A stretch of 64,000 bases of DNA. Source: Octopus vulgaris. Lineage: Eukaryota. Of this stretch, positions 15,656 through 31,423 are shown piece after piece. The position numbers and the translations under genes were made by a program. Position 1 is the stretch's first letter. Each line of letters starts with the position of its first letter. The notes under the pieces were generated by a model. The model searched no databases. It saw nothing but the letters and a program-made list of their open reading frames with translations, and was not told the DNA's origin. The DNA is taken from assembly GCA_951406725.2 (NCBI GenBank), contig OX597825.1:55800001-55864000 (forward strand). Reading direction: 5' to 3'.

Positions 15656-16008
15656 CGATCGTAGCGTGCCGGTTTCAAATCTCCCGTGGTACAGAGCAAC
15701 GTTTGATTACACCTCAAATTCAATTCTTGCATCACTTCATATTATCTATCACCATTCCGAGGGGGTTAGGCGAGTCGACGTACGAATTATTGTTTTGTGT
15801 ATTAAGGTCGATGTAATCAACTGAGGCTGGAGGTGATTGCAAGGAAAAGTAGATTGAGGGATTAAATATATTTTATGTTATTCACTTACGGTTCATTGCC
15901 TTCCGAGTTCTTATCCCGCCAAAATGCTATTACGATTCACCTTCATAAATGACTACAGCATACACATACACACAACATAGACACACTAAATAAACACACA
16001 ACTGCGTT

Positions 16009-16054
<46 letters not shown>

Positions 16055-16147
16055 ACACATACAATACGAACACGTTAAATATATAGAAATATTTTGCCCT
16101 TTGTCGTTAATATCGTGTATTGAAGTTGGTCTTGTGCATACATACAC

Positions 16148-16178
<31 letters not shown>

Positions 16179-16235
16179 TACACACACATACACACACACA
16201 CACACACACAAATATACACACAAATTTCTTATTCA

Positions 16236-16449
16236 ACTGGCGGAATCGTAAGAGCGTCGGACAAAATGCTAAGCGGCATTTTTTTCGGCTCTTTACGTTC
16301 GAAGTTCAAATACAGCTGAAGTCTACTCTGCTTGCTTTATCATTTCGGGGTCGATAAATACAAAACCCATCAAGTATTAGAGTGCGATGTAATCGACCAG
16401 CCACCTCACCATAAAACGTGCAGGCCTCATGCCAAAATTCAAAACCATT
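16236..16449 (+). mobile_element. Decayed Meta-like SINE
   Basis: Similar to the 8611 copy: ctggcggaatcgtaagagcgtcggacaaaatgc...cggggtcgataaat...gatgtaatcgac. Confidence 0.7.
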
Positions 16450-16628
16450 ATTTTTGTTGTTGATGTAATTTTGATGGAGTTATCAAATTTTTTATTCTTA
16501 TTCAAATCCGCTTGTTCCTTATTCCTCTGCGATAATGATGTGTTAATCACCCTCACCTGACCCCTAAAATCTCCTCTTTATCCTTTAACCATACTGAGGG
16601 TTCTTCTGCGTGGGAGATGGTGCACATA

Positions 16629-16879
16629 TCTTCTTCTTCTTCTTCTTCTTCTTCTTCTTCTTCTTCTTCTTCTTCTTCTTCTTCTTCTTCTTCTTCTTCT
16701 TCGTTTTCTTCTTCTTCTTCTTCTTCTTCTTCTTCTTCTTCTTCTTCTTCTTCTTCTTCTTCTTCTTCTTCTTCTTCTTCTTCTTCTTCTTCTTCTTTTT
16801 CTTCTTCTTCTTCTTCTTCTTCTTCTTCGTTTTCTTCTTCTTCTTCTTCTTCTTCTTCTTCTTCTTCTTCTTCTTCTTC
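16629..16879. repeat. (CTT)n/(GAA)n trinucleotide tract of about 83 units
   Basis: Nearly pure triplet repeat with a few point interruptions. Confidence 0.98.
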
Positions 16880-17139
16880 GAAAAGTCGAGGATAATCGAG
16901 GTTACCCCAAGAATTTTTGAAGAAGGAGAATTGGAAGTACCGTAAAAGAGAGACACTAGATACCGTGGCGCACCAAAACAACCAATATTCCAATATTCTT
17001 AGACAGAAACACTCGCTGCACGTGATGGTTTCTTTATGCATACATGCATACACATATATTCACATACACACATACACCTGCGTACATGCCTATACACATA
17101 CACAGAAACACAAAAACCTATGTATGCGTCCATGTATGA

Positions 17140-17170
<31 letters not shown>

Positions 17171-17698
17171 AGTTTCAGTATATGGTAATATGTGTAGAAC
17201 TTGTACATATATATAATATGTTTTCATTAACCGTATGTAAGCCTAGCTACGAGTGTGTGTCTGTGTGTGTGCGCACATGATTCTGTGTATATGCGAAAGC
17301 GTCTGTACACGTACTCGTGTGTAGTTGTAACTATACGGATGTATATGTGTTTGCATTGAACCAAATTTAAACCTAATTACCATACATGTATGTTTGTATC
17401 AGTGTGTATGTTTCTCTGTATGTGTGTGCGCGTGTGTGTGTGTGTGTGAATCGGTATATTTGTGCTTGGGTTTATTTCATGGATATGTGTGTATATTTAT
17501 ATGTGTGCATATTTATAGTAATACACGCACAAACACATATACACACATACGCACACACACTGCCTTTGTCGTTTTTCTTCCTTTCTCTCTCCCTCTAACA
17601 CACACACACACGCGCGCGCACAAACACACAGAGGATCCCTAAATGCTTTTCATCACTTGAAGTTTTGTATTTGTGTTACCCTTGAGGCAAAACCTCAC

Positions 17699-17716
17699 CG
17701 ACATTTTCAAGTTCCA
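17699..17716 (-). CDS. Candidate 18-nt microexon
   Basis: Minus strand: accctcttcacccctatttttctcag|TGGAACTTGAAAATGTCG|gtgagg. Open in phases 0 and 1. Splice signals only. Confidence 0.22.
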
Positions 17717-17970
17717 CTGAGAAAAATAGGGGTGAAGAGGGTAAGGTACCCCCTCCTCCAAAGAATTCCTCCAAAATTGGATTGTCTGTGGCAAAAATGG
17801 TTAGAATGGACGGAACTACTGTAAGCATGTACCTGTACGTTGGCGAGAGAGACCGAAAGAGACAGAGAGGCAGAGAGCGCTTGCCCTTGGCGGTCAGGGT
17901 GAACTTGGACGTATGGGGTTTCCTGACGGTCAGCAATTTGAGGCCCTGTGTATCTGAAGGGCTGCATCCG

Positions 17971-18045
<75 letters not shown>

Positions 18046-19009
18046 TATATATACATACATACATACATACATACATACACACACACACACTCACAACCCC
18101 CTCTACACACACATACATGTGTTTGTGTGTGTTTGTGCGCGTTTCTCATCTCATTCCCTTTTCCCCCACTCTTCTTCCCATTTCTTGTAACTCTCATCCC
18201 GGATTATATGCAATCTGCCTTATTGGTCTCCTCTTATCCGTTGTCCCAATGAAGATGTAATTGACTAAACCTCGCTCCCAGTCCCAAATATTTCGTCTTG
18301 CGCCTAAACTAGGATAAATTTATATTCAGTTTGTTATTGCAGTTGTCGTCGGCATCAGAGTCATCATATTTATTGTTGTTGTCGTTGTTGTTGTTAAACG
18401 AATCAGGGGAAGTCACAGTAATGTTGAAGCGCAGTCCTCTATGCCTTGACGTATTCCATGAATCGTCTGTTTTCCAAAATTCGCTAGGTTCGAGTGTCGT
18501 TTTATCGTCCGCAACCACCCGAGGACAAAGAAATCAATACCAGTAATATGCAGTGCTTAGATTTTTAATTACTACACACTTTCCGTTTTTAACTTTCCGT
18601 ATGGCCTGATCACCATCATCTCCATCATCATGGTCGCCATCACCGTGTTCGTCATCATTACCACCATCACTATTGCCACCAATATCGTTGTCGTCATTGT
18701 CGTCACCATCACCACCATCATCATCATCATCTTCATCATCATTATCATCATCATCATCATTAACATCATTATTAGCATCATTACCACAACCATCATCACA
18801 ACCATCACCACCAAAACGTCCACTACCACCACCGCCACCACCAACACTAACACCACCAATAACACCATCACCACCACAGTCCGCTCAGCCACATGTAAGA
18901 CAAGAGAGAGAGAAAGAGAGAGACAGAGAGACAGAGGGGAGAAAGGAAAGAGAGAGAGAGAGCGAGAGAGAGAGAAGCAGTTGGTATGTTAGTGTATGCA
19001 TATACATAT

Positions 19010-19057
<48 letters not shown>

Positions 19058-19072
19058 TAACATACACACATA

Positions 19073-19117
<45 letters not shown>

Positions 19118-19306
19118 TCATATACGTATATCGTGTTTGTGTGTGCAACAGCATGTGTATGTGTACATAAGCGTATGAAGTGTGTGTAGAGCGTGTGTGT
19201 TTATCTGTGTGTACGTGTTTGTCACTCCATGCCTGTGTGTTGTATTGTGTGTGTGTGTGTGTGTGTGTTTGAGAGAGAGAGAGAGTTTGGGGTTCCTATT
19301 TATCTA

Positions 19307-19351
<45 letters not shown>

Positions 19352-19471
19352 ATTTACCGCTCGATCGATCGATCCATGTGTCTGTTTATGCGCATATATC
19401 TATTTGTCTATATATGTATGTATTTGTCATACACACGCATATGATATACATATATATGTGTGTGTATGTGC

Positions 19472-19515
<44 letters not shown>

Positions 19516-19747
19516 TATACACACTTGCACACTCACACATATGTATATGTATATGCATATATATATATATATATGTACGCACACATATATATATCCATAT
19601 CCACAGTTCCATTATCCCCATATATACATACATACACACACATACCCACACACCCACGCACATACACATCGTGTAATGGCAAACAGTTAAAGAACGAAAT
19701 AAAACGTCAAAACAAAGGAAATTAAGCAAAAAAAAATACAGACTCAC

Positions 19748-19880
19748 CCATTCTTCATTTTATGTAATATATTTATTTTAATATAGCCGCCATCATATAC
19801 CAGTTAAGACTAACAACAGCAACATCAACAACTGTGATTTACATCAATGGACACACACACGCATGCATACAAACACGGTA

Positions 19881-19921
<41 letters not shown>

Positions 19922-19922
19922 G

Positions 19923-19957
<35 letters not shown>

Positions 19958-20240
19958 GTATTTACACGTAGTCTGTACTGTGGTTTCGTTATTTTACAGT
20001 TTCACTCCTTGTTTGTATGTTTTTTTTTTTAATGTTTTATGTCTTGCTTGTGTGTTGGGGGTCAGGAGCATCAGAAACAGGAGAATGGAAGAAGAGGTGG
20101 GTGGGGAGGCGGAAGAAGGTGATTGTAAATATTTTTTTCCCTTAATTCCGTAATAAAACATCTTGCGACTTGTGAAGTCTTCCCCACAAACGAAACAGGT
20201 TACGTCAACGCGAACCGAATTACAGTCAACCTCGTTCTTC
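19748..20240 (-). other. Candidate first exon (long 5' leader, short coding start MKNG, phase 2)
   Basis: Minus strand AAAATG AAG AAT GG|gtgagt. CpG-retaining unique sequence at 20160-20240 with a (GA)n tract upstream. Confidence 0.25.
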
Positions 20241-20311
20241 CAATCTTTTCTTCTCTCTTTCTGTCCCTCTCTCTCTCTCTCTCTCTTTTTGTCCTTCTCT
20301 CGCTCTCTCCA

Positions 20312-20367
<56 letters not shown>

Positions 20368-20539
20368 GTTTTATTCTTTTTTTCTCTCACTCTCCGTCTC
20401 TCCTTTTCTCTCTCTTTGCCTCTGTCGCTCTCTCGCCCATTCTTGTGATACGGTGGATTTCTCCATTCAAAACAGCTTTTACTTAAATAAAGAATTCACA
20501 CATTCACACAAACTCATATACAAAACAACAACAGTAATT

Positions 20540-20614
<75 letters not shown>

Positions 20615-20805
20615 GAGATAGATAGGCAAATACAAAAAGTAGATTATGATTGTATGTATATGTATACGTATTATACATTCATATATATATATACATACAC
20701 ATTCATATATACACAAGTGTGTATATTTATATAGGAAACTGACTGTCAAAGATGTGCGAAATATCTATGTATGCTTGCATATGTATATTCAGATAGGTAA
20801 GTATA

Positions 20806-20938
20806 TCGGTTTCAAATTTTGGCACAAGGCTAGCAATTTTGGATAGGGGCCAAGTCGATTACATCGACCCCAGTACTTAACTGGTACTTATTGATCCCGA
20901 AAGGATGAAAATCAAAGGCGGTCTCGGCGAAATTTGGA
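20806..20938 (-). mobile_element. Partial Meta-like SINE
   Basis: ggtttcaaattttggcacaagg...gtcgattacatcgacccc...ccgaaaggatgaaa; same segment as the 52.1-52.9 kb units. Confidence 0.75.
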
Positions 20939-20969
20939 CTATCTGAAATATTTTGATAGACCGATAGGC

Positions 20970-21044
<75 letters not shown>

Positions 21045-21173
21045 GAAACTGATAGACAGGTAGACAGAAAACTAATTAAGCAGACAGGCCGACAAGCCGA
21101 CAGGAAGGCAGGCAGACATAAACACCTATATACAAGATAGATAGGCAGATAGACAGACAGACAGACAGACAGC

Positions 21174-21205
<32 letters not shown>

Positions 21206-21566
21206 CAGATAGACAGACAGATAGATAGATAGCTCGGTAGGTAGGTATATATATGGAGGGGAGACATTGGGAGAAAAAAAAGAAAAAAAAGACATGGTGT
21301 ATGTGCTTGTGTATGTTTGTATGCATATGTATCAGGTGCATGTGCACGCATGTATGTATGTATGTGCGAATGTGTGTGTTTGTGTGTGTTTGTGTACGTA
21401 CAGACATATAAACAACTGTTACATTTAGTTCTAAGTGAATGTAACACGACACGTGCATTGAATAATATATATTTGAAGAGGTCATATTGAGAGAGGAACT
21501 AGCAGCAGCAGTCGTCGTCATCGACATCGTCGTCTTACTTGCAGCAGCAGCAGCAGTAGTAGCAGT

Positions 21567-21625
<59 letters not shown>

Positions 21626-21708
21626 CGGTAGCAGTGGCGGCGGCAATGATGATGATATTGATGGTGATGATTTCTTTTACTGGCTGCAAGTGCCTCAGGC
21701 ACTGAAGA

Positions 21709-21821
<113 letters not shown>

Positions 21822-21965
21822 GTAATAATAATAATAATTAAACGGGGTGGAAGGATGGATTAGGTTGGGTATCTTTGACAATGATTGCAGTTCCTCCTCA
21901 GCCCACCGCCCTTTGTTTGCGAAAACGTCATCATTGTTAAGACTTTCTGCAAATTCCAAACCTAT

Positions 21966-22700
21966 TTAACTGTTTCTCCGTGTGTAGCGAGACAAATCTG
22001 CATTTCTGAGTGGAACAACACTCTGCTGTTTTTTTGTGTGTTACAAGGCAAACTGTATCTCTATGTAACAAGACTGAACAGTTTCTGTATATGTAACACG
22101 ACAAAACTATTTCTCGGTATGTACCAAGACAAATCTGCTTCCCATGACTAAGCTGTTTCTCTCTATGTAACAAAACTGACTGTTTCTCTAAGTGTAACGA
22201 GACAAAATTGTTTCTCTATGTGTATCAAGACGGGCTGGTTCTCTGTGTGTAACAAGACAAGCTGTTTTTCTGTGTGTAACGAGACAAAACTGTTTCTCCG
22301 TGGGTAACAAAACAAATCTGTTTCTTTGTAACAAGACACGCTGTTTTTTCTGTGTGTAACGAGATAAAACTGTTTCTCCGTAGGTAACAAAACAAATCTG
22401 TTTTTTTTGTGTGTGTAACAAGACAAGCTGTTTTTTTCTGTGTGTAACATGACTAAACAATTACTGTGTGTAACAAGACAAGCTATGTGTGTGTGTGTGT
22501 ATGTAACACGAGAAAATTATTTCTCTCTGTGTAACAAGACTAAATTATTTTGGTGTGTTACAAGAGAAGCTGTTTTTCTGTGGGTAACAAGACAAACTGT
22601 TTCTCTCTGTATACCAAGACAAATCTGTTTTTCTGTGTAACAAGACTAAATTGTTTCTCTGTATGTAACAAGCGGTTTCTCCGTGTATTAAGACAAAAAT
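21966..22700. repeat. Minisatellite, unit about 25 bp (GTGTGTAACAAGACAA.CTGTTT.TCT), about 28 copies
   Basis: Head-to-tail units with no unique spacers; partial three-unit higher-order repeat at 22250-22450. Confidence 0.9.
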
Positions 22701-23200
22701 TTCAAAGATGCTGCAACAGGGTCAAAACAAAATAAATGCTAGCAATAACGGTGGTGGTGTTGGTGGTGATGGTGGTGGTGATGGTGGTGGTGGTGGTGGT
22801 GGTTGTGGTGGTGGGGACAACTATATCAGTAGAATTGAGATGCTGGTAGGAGTGTTAGGGTGGTGATGAGGATAATGGGGGGTGTTGGAAAGTGGGGGTA
22901 GTGTTGGTAGCTGGGGGGTGCTTTGAGCAATGTGATGCACTGGCCCATGGTGATGACGGTAACGTTAATTATGTGGGGGTGTTGATATCATCGTTGTTGT
23001 TGTTGTTGGCGGTGACGGTGGTAGAGGTGGTGGCGGTGACGGTGGTAGAGATGGTGGCGGTGGTGGTGCCGTTGATTGTAGTGGCTGTGATGGTGTTTAT
23101 GTTTTTGATGGTGATAGTGATGGTGGTGGTGCTGGTGGTGAACAAACATGGGATGGGAAATACTTGTTAGTAAAAGGAAGGATTCTGCCACACACACATG

Positions 23201-23276
<76 letters not shown>

Positions 23277-23435
23277 GACAAATGAGCACACCTTCCGCAC
23301 AAATTTATAGATACAGATATACCCACGTATCTGTGTACGTGTTTGTGTTTGTGCGCGTATATATGTCCATGTATATATCTCTGTATATGTATTCAGTTAT
23401 ATACAAACATACATGTATTCATACATACACACACG

Positions 23436-23481
<46 letters not shown>

Positions 23482-23861
23482 CATGCATGTATGCATCTAT
23501 GTATATATAACTATACAACAGGTCCATATGAGAATATGAATGACAAAAAAAAAGGGAAAAGGAAAAGGAAAAGGATGCAGAGAGAAACGATTGAAGATGA
23601 ATGACCTGCAATAACAATAACAAAAACATTAATAATAATAATTATTATTATTATTATTACTATTATTATTTTATTATTATTATTATTATTAAATATATTT
23701 ATTTTTGGTGTGGAATGAAATACGTATGCCTACTGTATATAGCAGTGTGCATGTGCGAGTGTGTATTCGAGCTGTACGCCTGTGTGTAGATGTTGGTGTA
23801 TATGAATGTATGTGCGTGCGTGCGTGTGTGTGTATGAGTGTGTGTGTGTGTGTGTGTATGT

Positions 23862-23895
<34 letters not shown>

Positions 23896-24341
23896 TGAGT
23901 GTGTGCAATGAATTTTCCGGAAATATCTCATAATATCGAAAAGGAAAGAAGTCTAGTAGATTCTCTCTTGAATAGTAATAAATATAGATAGATTAGAAAG
24001 TGTGGGTGTGGGGGGAAGAAAGAGAGGTTACGAGGGAGTGTGTGTATGGAGAAGATAAGAGAGACTGGGTATGTAAGAAAGAAACAGACAGATAGATAGA
24101 CAGTGAGAGAGAGAGAGAGAAGAGAGATTTGTGTGTGTGTGTGTGACATGAACGTATACATCTACACATGCATATGTGCACACGTGTATACGTGTGTATA
24201 GGGAAATTTGCATATGTAAATATGTATATGTGAATGTGCGTATATGTGAGATAGATAGGGAGTGTGTATGTATATGTAATGTGTGTGTGTGTACCTATAT
24301 ATATATATATATAAGCATACGTATATGTATATATGAATATA

Positions 24342-24441
<100 letters not shown>

Positions 24442-24804
24442 TATATACAGACACATACACATAAAGGGAAAGAGAGAAGGAGAGAGACAAAGAGGGAACC
24501 AGGAACTAGGAGAAAAGAGAGACGAATTAGTGTATAAATAGACCGAATGTAAATTTGGTGGATTGACTTGGCATTTTGTAGTATTCTGGTAGAAGAATTG
24601 TACTAGACATCGATGGTATTATAATAGGAATTGGTTGGTATGAGGTAGTGAACAGAAGGAATATAGCAAACACAGATATAACACTCAAATACACGCACAC
24701 ACGCACTCACACACGCACTCACATACTCATATACACACATGTAAAGTCAAACATAGATATATAAATATATGTATGTGTGCTTGTGTGTATACACACTGTA
24801 GCTG

Positions 24805-24872
<68 letters not shown>

Positions 24873-25107
24873 TATATATATAGATAGTTAGATATATATA
24901 TAGATGGATAGGTAGGTAGATAGATAGATATACAGGAAGGTAAATACATAGATCGATAGTCAGAGAGGAAGGAAGAAAGGCCAGTAGGAAGACAGATCTC
25001 TCTTTTTCTTTCTTTCAGTTTACACATACACACACGCAAATATATATATATTTACATGCTCACTTACAAACGCACACACACATACAATGTATGTGCCTCT
25101 ATGTAGG

Positions 25108-25329
<222 letters not shown>

Positions 25330-25717
25330 GGAGGTTTTCAGTTTTCATGTGCTCCTATATTTTTTTAATATAAACGTATGTTCACACGTACTACCAAAGT
25401 AAGAGACATCGCACACGTTTGCACTAACTCACACACACACAAATAAACAAATACACACACTAATACACTAATGACGGCATACTCATATAAATGTGTGCAT
25501 AACATATATGTAGAAAGATATACGCATGTGTGTAGAGAGGAATATTCATATATATATATATATACGTATATATATACACGTATACACACATACAAGAAGC
25601 ACACACGCACATATATGTCTGTAAGTATATATATATATATATATATATATGTAATATATATGTATATATATATATGTAATATATATATATATAAGCATAC
25701 ATACACATGTATATGCA

Positions 25718-25758
<41 letters not shown>

Positions 25759-25863
25759 TATATATATGCATATGTTATATTTCTTTTATTTATATATATA
25801 TATATATATATATAATAGAGGTGTGTGTGTATATATATCTATGTATAGACACACACGCACAGA

Positions 25864-25895
<32 letters not shown>

Positions 25896-25911
25896 TACAT
25901 ATGTATATATA

Positions 25912-25943
<32 letters not shown>

Positions 25944-26059
25944 CATATATATGTAATAGTGTGTTTACATTGTGTACTTGAATGTAAGATAATGATGCAA
26001 GAATATTTTTATGCCATAAATCTCGGTAAATATACATGATTACCAATTAATTTGAACGA

Positions 26060-26145
<86 letters not shown>

Positions 26146-26161
26146 AATATATATACATCTA

Positions 26162-26215
<54 letters not shown>

Positions 26216-26784
26216 TATATTCACATATATTTATATATGTACATATATTTGTAGGTCTGTGTGTGTATATATATGTGTGTACATGTGTGCGTGTCTGTAT
26301 GAGTAGCTCTATAACTGTATATGTACACTATTCGGCGCACTGACAGTCCGTATTTTCGCTCACAGGTCTTTTAATCTAATTATATAAACAATAAAACATA
26401 TAAATGTATTTAAATCTTCATTCCTATGCAGGTCAGTGTATCTAAGTATAGTAAGTGTATAAATGAAACAGGGCCAGCTTCGTAAGAGTCTTTCTGCTTA
26501 TTGCTAAAATAGATATTATGACTCTAGATTGTCACATCGAGCACTCACGTCAAAATTGTGTTGGTGTACATATATATATATATATAAATAAATATATATA
26601 TATATATATATATATAATTATATTTATATGCGTATATATATATATATTTATATTCATATGTATATTTATATATATGTATGTATGCATGTATGTATGTATG
26701 TATGTATGTATGTATGTATGTATCTATCTATATATATAAAGTAATATTATATGTCTATACACGCGCACACACAAACACACATAC

Positions 26785-26833
<49 letters not shown>

Positions 26834-26903
26834 CAGACAAACATACAGTTGGACAGACAGACAGACAGACTGACAGACAGACAGACAGATATATAGATAG
26901 ATA

Positions 26904-26941
<38 letters not shown>

Positions 26942-27147
26942 TGATAAATAGATAGATAGGGGGATGGATGGATGGATTGATAGATAAATATAGATGTATA
27001 TTTATACGTATATACAAATATAGGCATTGTGTATATACGCATGGATATATGTGAATGTATATACACATTTGCTTATACATACACACAAACACACACACAC
27101 ACGCCCATACATACATACATACATACATACATACATACATACATACA

Positions 27148-27183
<36 letters not shown>

Positions 27184-27554
27184 CATACACGTAGAAATAT
27201 ACTTATGTATGTACATATGTATAAATGTATATGCATACGTACATGTTTAGATGGATGTATGAATGCATGTTTATACAAACATAAAAACACACACATGCAA
27301 ATCCTCGTGTGCACACTCATAAAGAGTTTCACACACATATGTACGGAAGAAGGTATGATTCGGAGGCGGCCGAACGCAAGACAATAATGATAGTGAAATG
27401 TAGTTAAGTGACAACAGTGAATGGAGTTTGGTATGAAACAGTGGTTGATGGATGGACAGAGTACTATGTGCTGTATTGATGGCTAGACTGATGGATAGAT
27501 TAGCTTAGCTTGGCTTACATTACTTTAGATTAGATTAGACTGAGAGATAGAGAC

Positions 27555-27589
<35 letters not shown>

Positions 27590-27672
27590 GTATATATGTA
27601 TTTTATATATATATATGTATTATATATATGTGTGTATATATATATATACAAACACACACATATACGTATCTA

Positions 27673-27785
<113 letters not shown>

Positions 27786-27835
27786 GGTAGATAAGCTGAC
27801 AGATAGACAGACAGACAGATAGATAGGTAGATAGG

Positions 27836-27873
<38 letters not shown>

Positions 27874-27874
27874 C

Positions 27875-27906
<32 letters not shown>

Positions 27907-28223
27907 GTAGGTAGAAAGAAAGATAGACAGACATACAAACAGACAGATACATACATACATACATACATACATACATACATACATACATACATACGGACGT
28001 ACAGACATATATTGACGTAAGTAATACTGATAGAGTTAAATAGATTGATGTCTCTCTCTCTCTCTCTGTATGTATTCCTGTCCATACATAAATATATACA
28101 TATATAGATAGATACACGCATAAAAGCATACATAGAAAGGTAGAAAGATAGATCGATCGAGGGATAGGTGTATAGGTAAAAAGACAAAGGCATGGCTAGG
28201 TACGTAGGCAGGTAGATAGATAT

Positions 28224-28311
<88 letters not shown>

Positions 28312-28514
28312 GTAGATAGATGGACAGGCAGGCACATATACTCATACATATAGAGGAAGACAAGCTCTCTAATATATATATGTTTTGCGAATCTAAAAGA
28401 TAGATTGTCATTGCGTCAAAGAGATGGATAGAATGATAGGTATATATCTGTACGTGTGTATGTGTGCCTGTAGAAATAAATACATACATATATCCATAGA
28501 TACTTATGTATATG

Positions 28515-28573
<59 letters not shown>

Positions 28574-28688
28574 ATAGGTTAAAGCACACGTACACGTATT
28601 GAAATAGAAGAAATATAGAGAGAGATACAGTTAACTTACAATACATTATACCTACAATGCGGCATGCATACATACACACACGCATACT

Positions 28689-28750
<62 letters not shown>

Positions 28751-29296
28751 TGTGTATGTGTGTGTGTGTGTTTGTGTGTATGTTTATGTTTGTGTGTGTG
28801 TGCGTACATACAGAGGCGCACGTGTTGAGAAGATGTATGTATGCAGGTATTTTATATACATACAAACATGCATAAACACGCACACACATATCCATGTTTG
28901 TGTGTGTGTGTATAGAGAAAGAAAGAGAGAGTGAGAGAGAAAGAGAGAGAGAGAGAATAAGGGAGAGATCGATTTATAGAACATACACATGCACACATGC
29001 ACACATGCACATATATACATATATATACATATGTATATATATATATATATATATAGATACATACATACATACATATATATATATATATATTCATACATAT
29101 ATATACATATATATACACATATATATATACATACACACTATTATATATATATATATATATACACGTATTCTTATATACTAGCACATCCACCATACAGACA
29201 TACACACACAAACACCCATGTATACACATTTGTATAGACACACATACATACATACATACATACATACATACATACATACATACATACATACATACA

Positions 29297-29332
<36 letters not shown>

Positions 29333-29492
29333 TATATATTTATATATATATATATATATATACTCTCACAATCACATATTTAGAAATATTAAGACACAAG
29401 CACACGCATGAACAGCAAACATAGGGACAGCAGCAGCAGCAGCGGCGCCAGCAGCAGTAGCAGCAACGGCAGCAGCAATAGTAATGATGGTG

Positions 29493-29538
<46 letters not shown>

Positions 29539-29915
29539 CAATAACAATCATAATAGTAATAACAGGAATGATATTCATTATGTTTATTGTTTGTTTTTAT
29601 TGTATTTATTATTAGTGTTAGTATCATTATCATGACGATCATTACCAGCAGCACCAACATCGTGATCATTACTGTCACAATAAGCGCATAATATTCCGGG
29701 AATGATAGACATATATAGAATTTTAAAAAAAGGACGATAACAAACGGCAATAACACGCCCCCCCTCTCCCCTCCCCACCACTTCCCCTCCTACCCCCTCC
29801 CGCCTCATACAGTCATCACAATGATCATTACAGTAATGACAAATCGTAATAACCAGAGCAGTCATAGCGATCACATATAATAACAATAAATAATAACAAT
29901 AATAACAATAATAAC

Positions 29916-29977
<62 letters not shown>

Positions 29978-30061
29978 TAATAATAATGATAATAATGTTA
30001 GTTATGTCAATGATGGTATAGTAGTGGTAATAATAATAATATATGAGAGTGGTGCACCTAC

Positions 30062-30158
30062 CTGTTACAAGATGCAATAGGGGCATATATGCGAAGAGAA
30101 GTGAAATTCTTGCCCAAGCCTTTAATAGTACTCCTTTCATAATACAAACCGTTTGCAT
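30062..30158 (-). CDS. Candidate first coding exon encoding a signal-peptide-like N-terminus (MQTVCIMKGVLLKAWARISLLFAYMPLLHLVT-G)
   Basis: AAAATG start context, 97 nt open, basic then hydrophobic stretch, ends ACAG|gtaggt (phase 1). Lies in a unique island within a microsatellite sea. Confidence 0.45.
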
Positions 30159-31012
30159 TTTACTCGAGAAAACCTCCACTCCGTTCCACTTTTACAGTTG
30201 GATAATATCATAGCAAGGACTGACTCCACTCAACTGCCGTCTTGTCTGGCGCGTCTGCTAACAGTAACCAGTCTTATCAACATACGAACAGAATGGGTGA
30301 AGCAACCAACCAACCAGAGAATCAACCAATCAGTGAAGCAACGAACAAACGAACGAACGTACCTAGGAATACTGGAATCTACGATTGTACGAATGTAAGA
30401 ATGTACGAATGTTTGAATGCTGTATGTTGCTTGTATGTGTATTTGTGCGTGTGTACGTGTGTTTGTGTGTTTATGTGTGTCTGTGAATGTGCACGTGTGT
30501 ATACGTGTGCTACGTGTTGAAGTAAACGGAGCCTGTTGTCGCTTTTCTCCTCGTTCATTCACTCATTCGCTCACAACCGAGTGAAAGAAATAGAAGAGGA
30601 AAGAAAAGGAAAGCAGAGGAAAGGCAGTATGAGTGTGAGTGAACGAGTGGGAGAGAGAGAGAGACAGAGAGTTAAACAGAGTAAGAGAAAGAAAGTGTGA
30701 GCGAGTCAGTGAATGAGTGAGTGAGTGAGTGAGTTATCTGAATGTAGCAGGGGAGGGGTAGGAATAGACTGGAGTGGAGTGTTGTGATATGAGTAAGAGA
30801 TATGCTGGGTGAGCGATATGACTGAGGGGAAAATGAATGACAGAGAAGCGGATTATGAGTGAGAGTGAGAGTGAGAGGTGTTGAGTGGAATGATGTGATT
30901 GAAAGTGGTGGAGTGTGAAAGAAGAAGAGAAAAAGAAAAGGTGTGAGTGAGAATAAGATGTATAAAATGATAGGGTGAGATGTGGATATATGTGTGTGTG
31001 TGTGTACAATCA

Positions 31013-31075
<63 letters not shown>

Positions 31076-31387
31076 ATAAACACATATGATTGCATATATA
31101 TATATAGTATATTATATATACTATATATATATATATAATATATTATATATATACTATATATATATACTATATATATATATATATATTATATATATATATA
31201 TAATATACACACACAACCATTATATATATATACATATAATCGTATGTATGTTTATATACATATGTATATATATATATATACATATGTATATAAACACACA
31301 TGATTGCATATATATGTGTATATATATATATAATATATATACACAACCATTATATATATGTGTGTGTATATATATGCATACATGTAT

Positions 31388-31423
<36 letters not shown>

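Noticed and set aside
18309-18518. ORF VADDKTTLEPSEFWKTDDSW...
   Set aside because: No ATG, an in-frame stop just upstream, and the pyrimidine tract ends in CGG rather than AG.
21966-22700. CRISPR-like appearance of the 25-bp array
   Set aside because: Units are contiguous with no unique spacers, there are no cas genes, and the context is eukaryotic.
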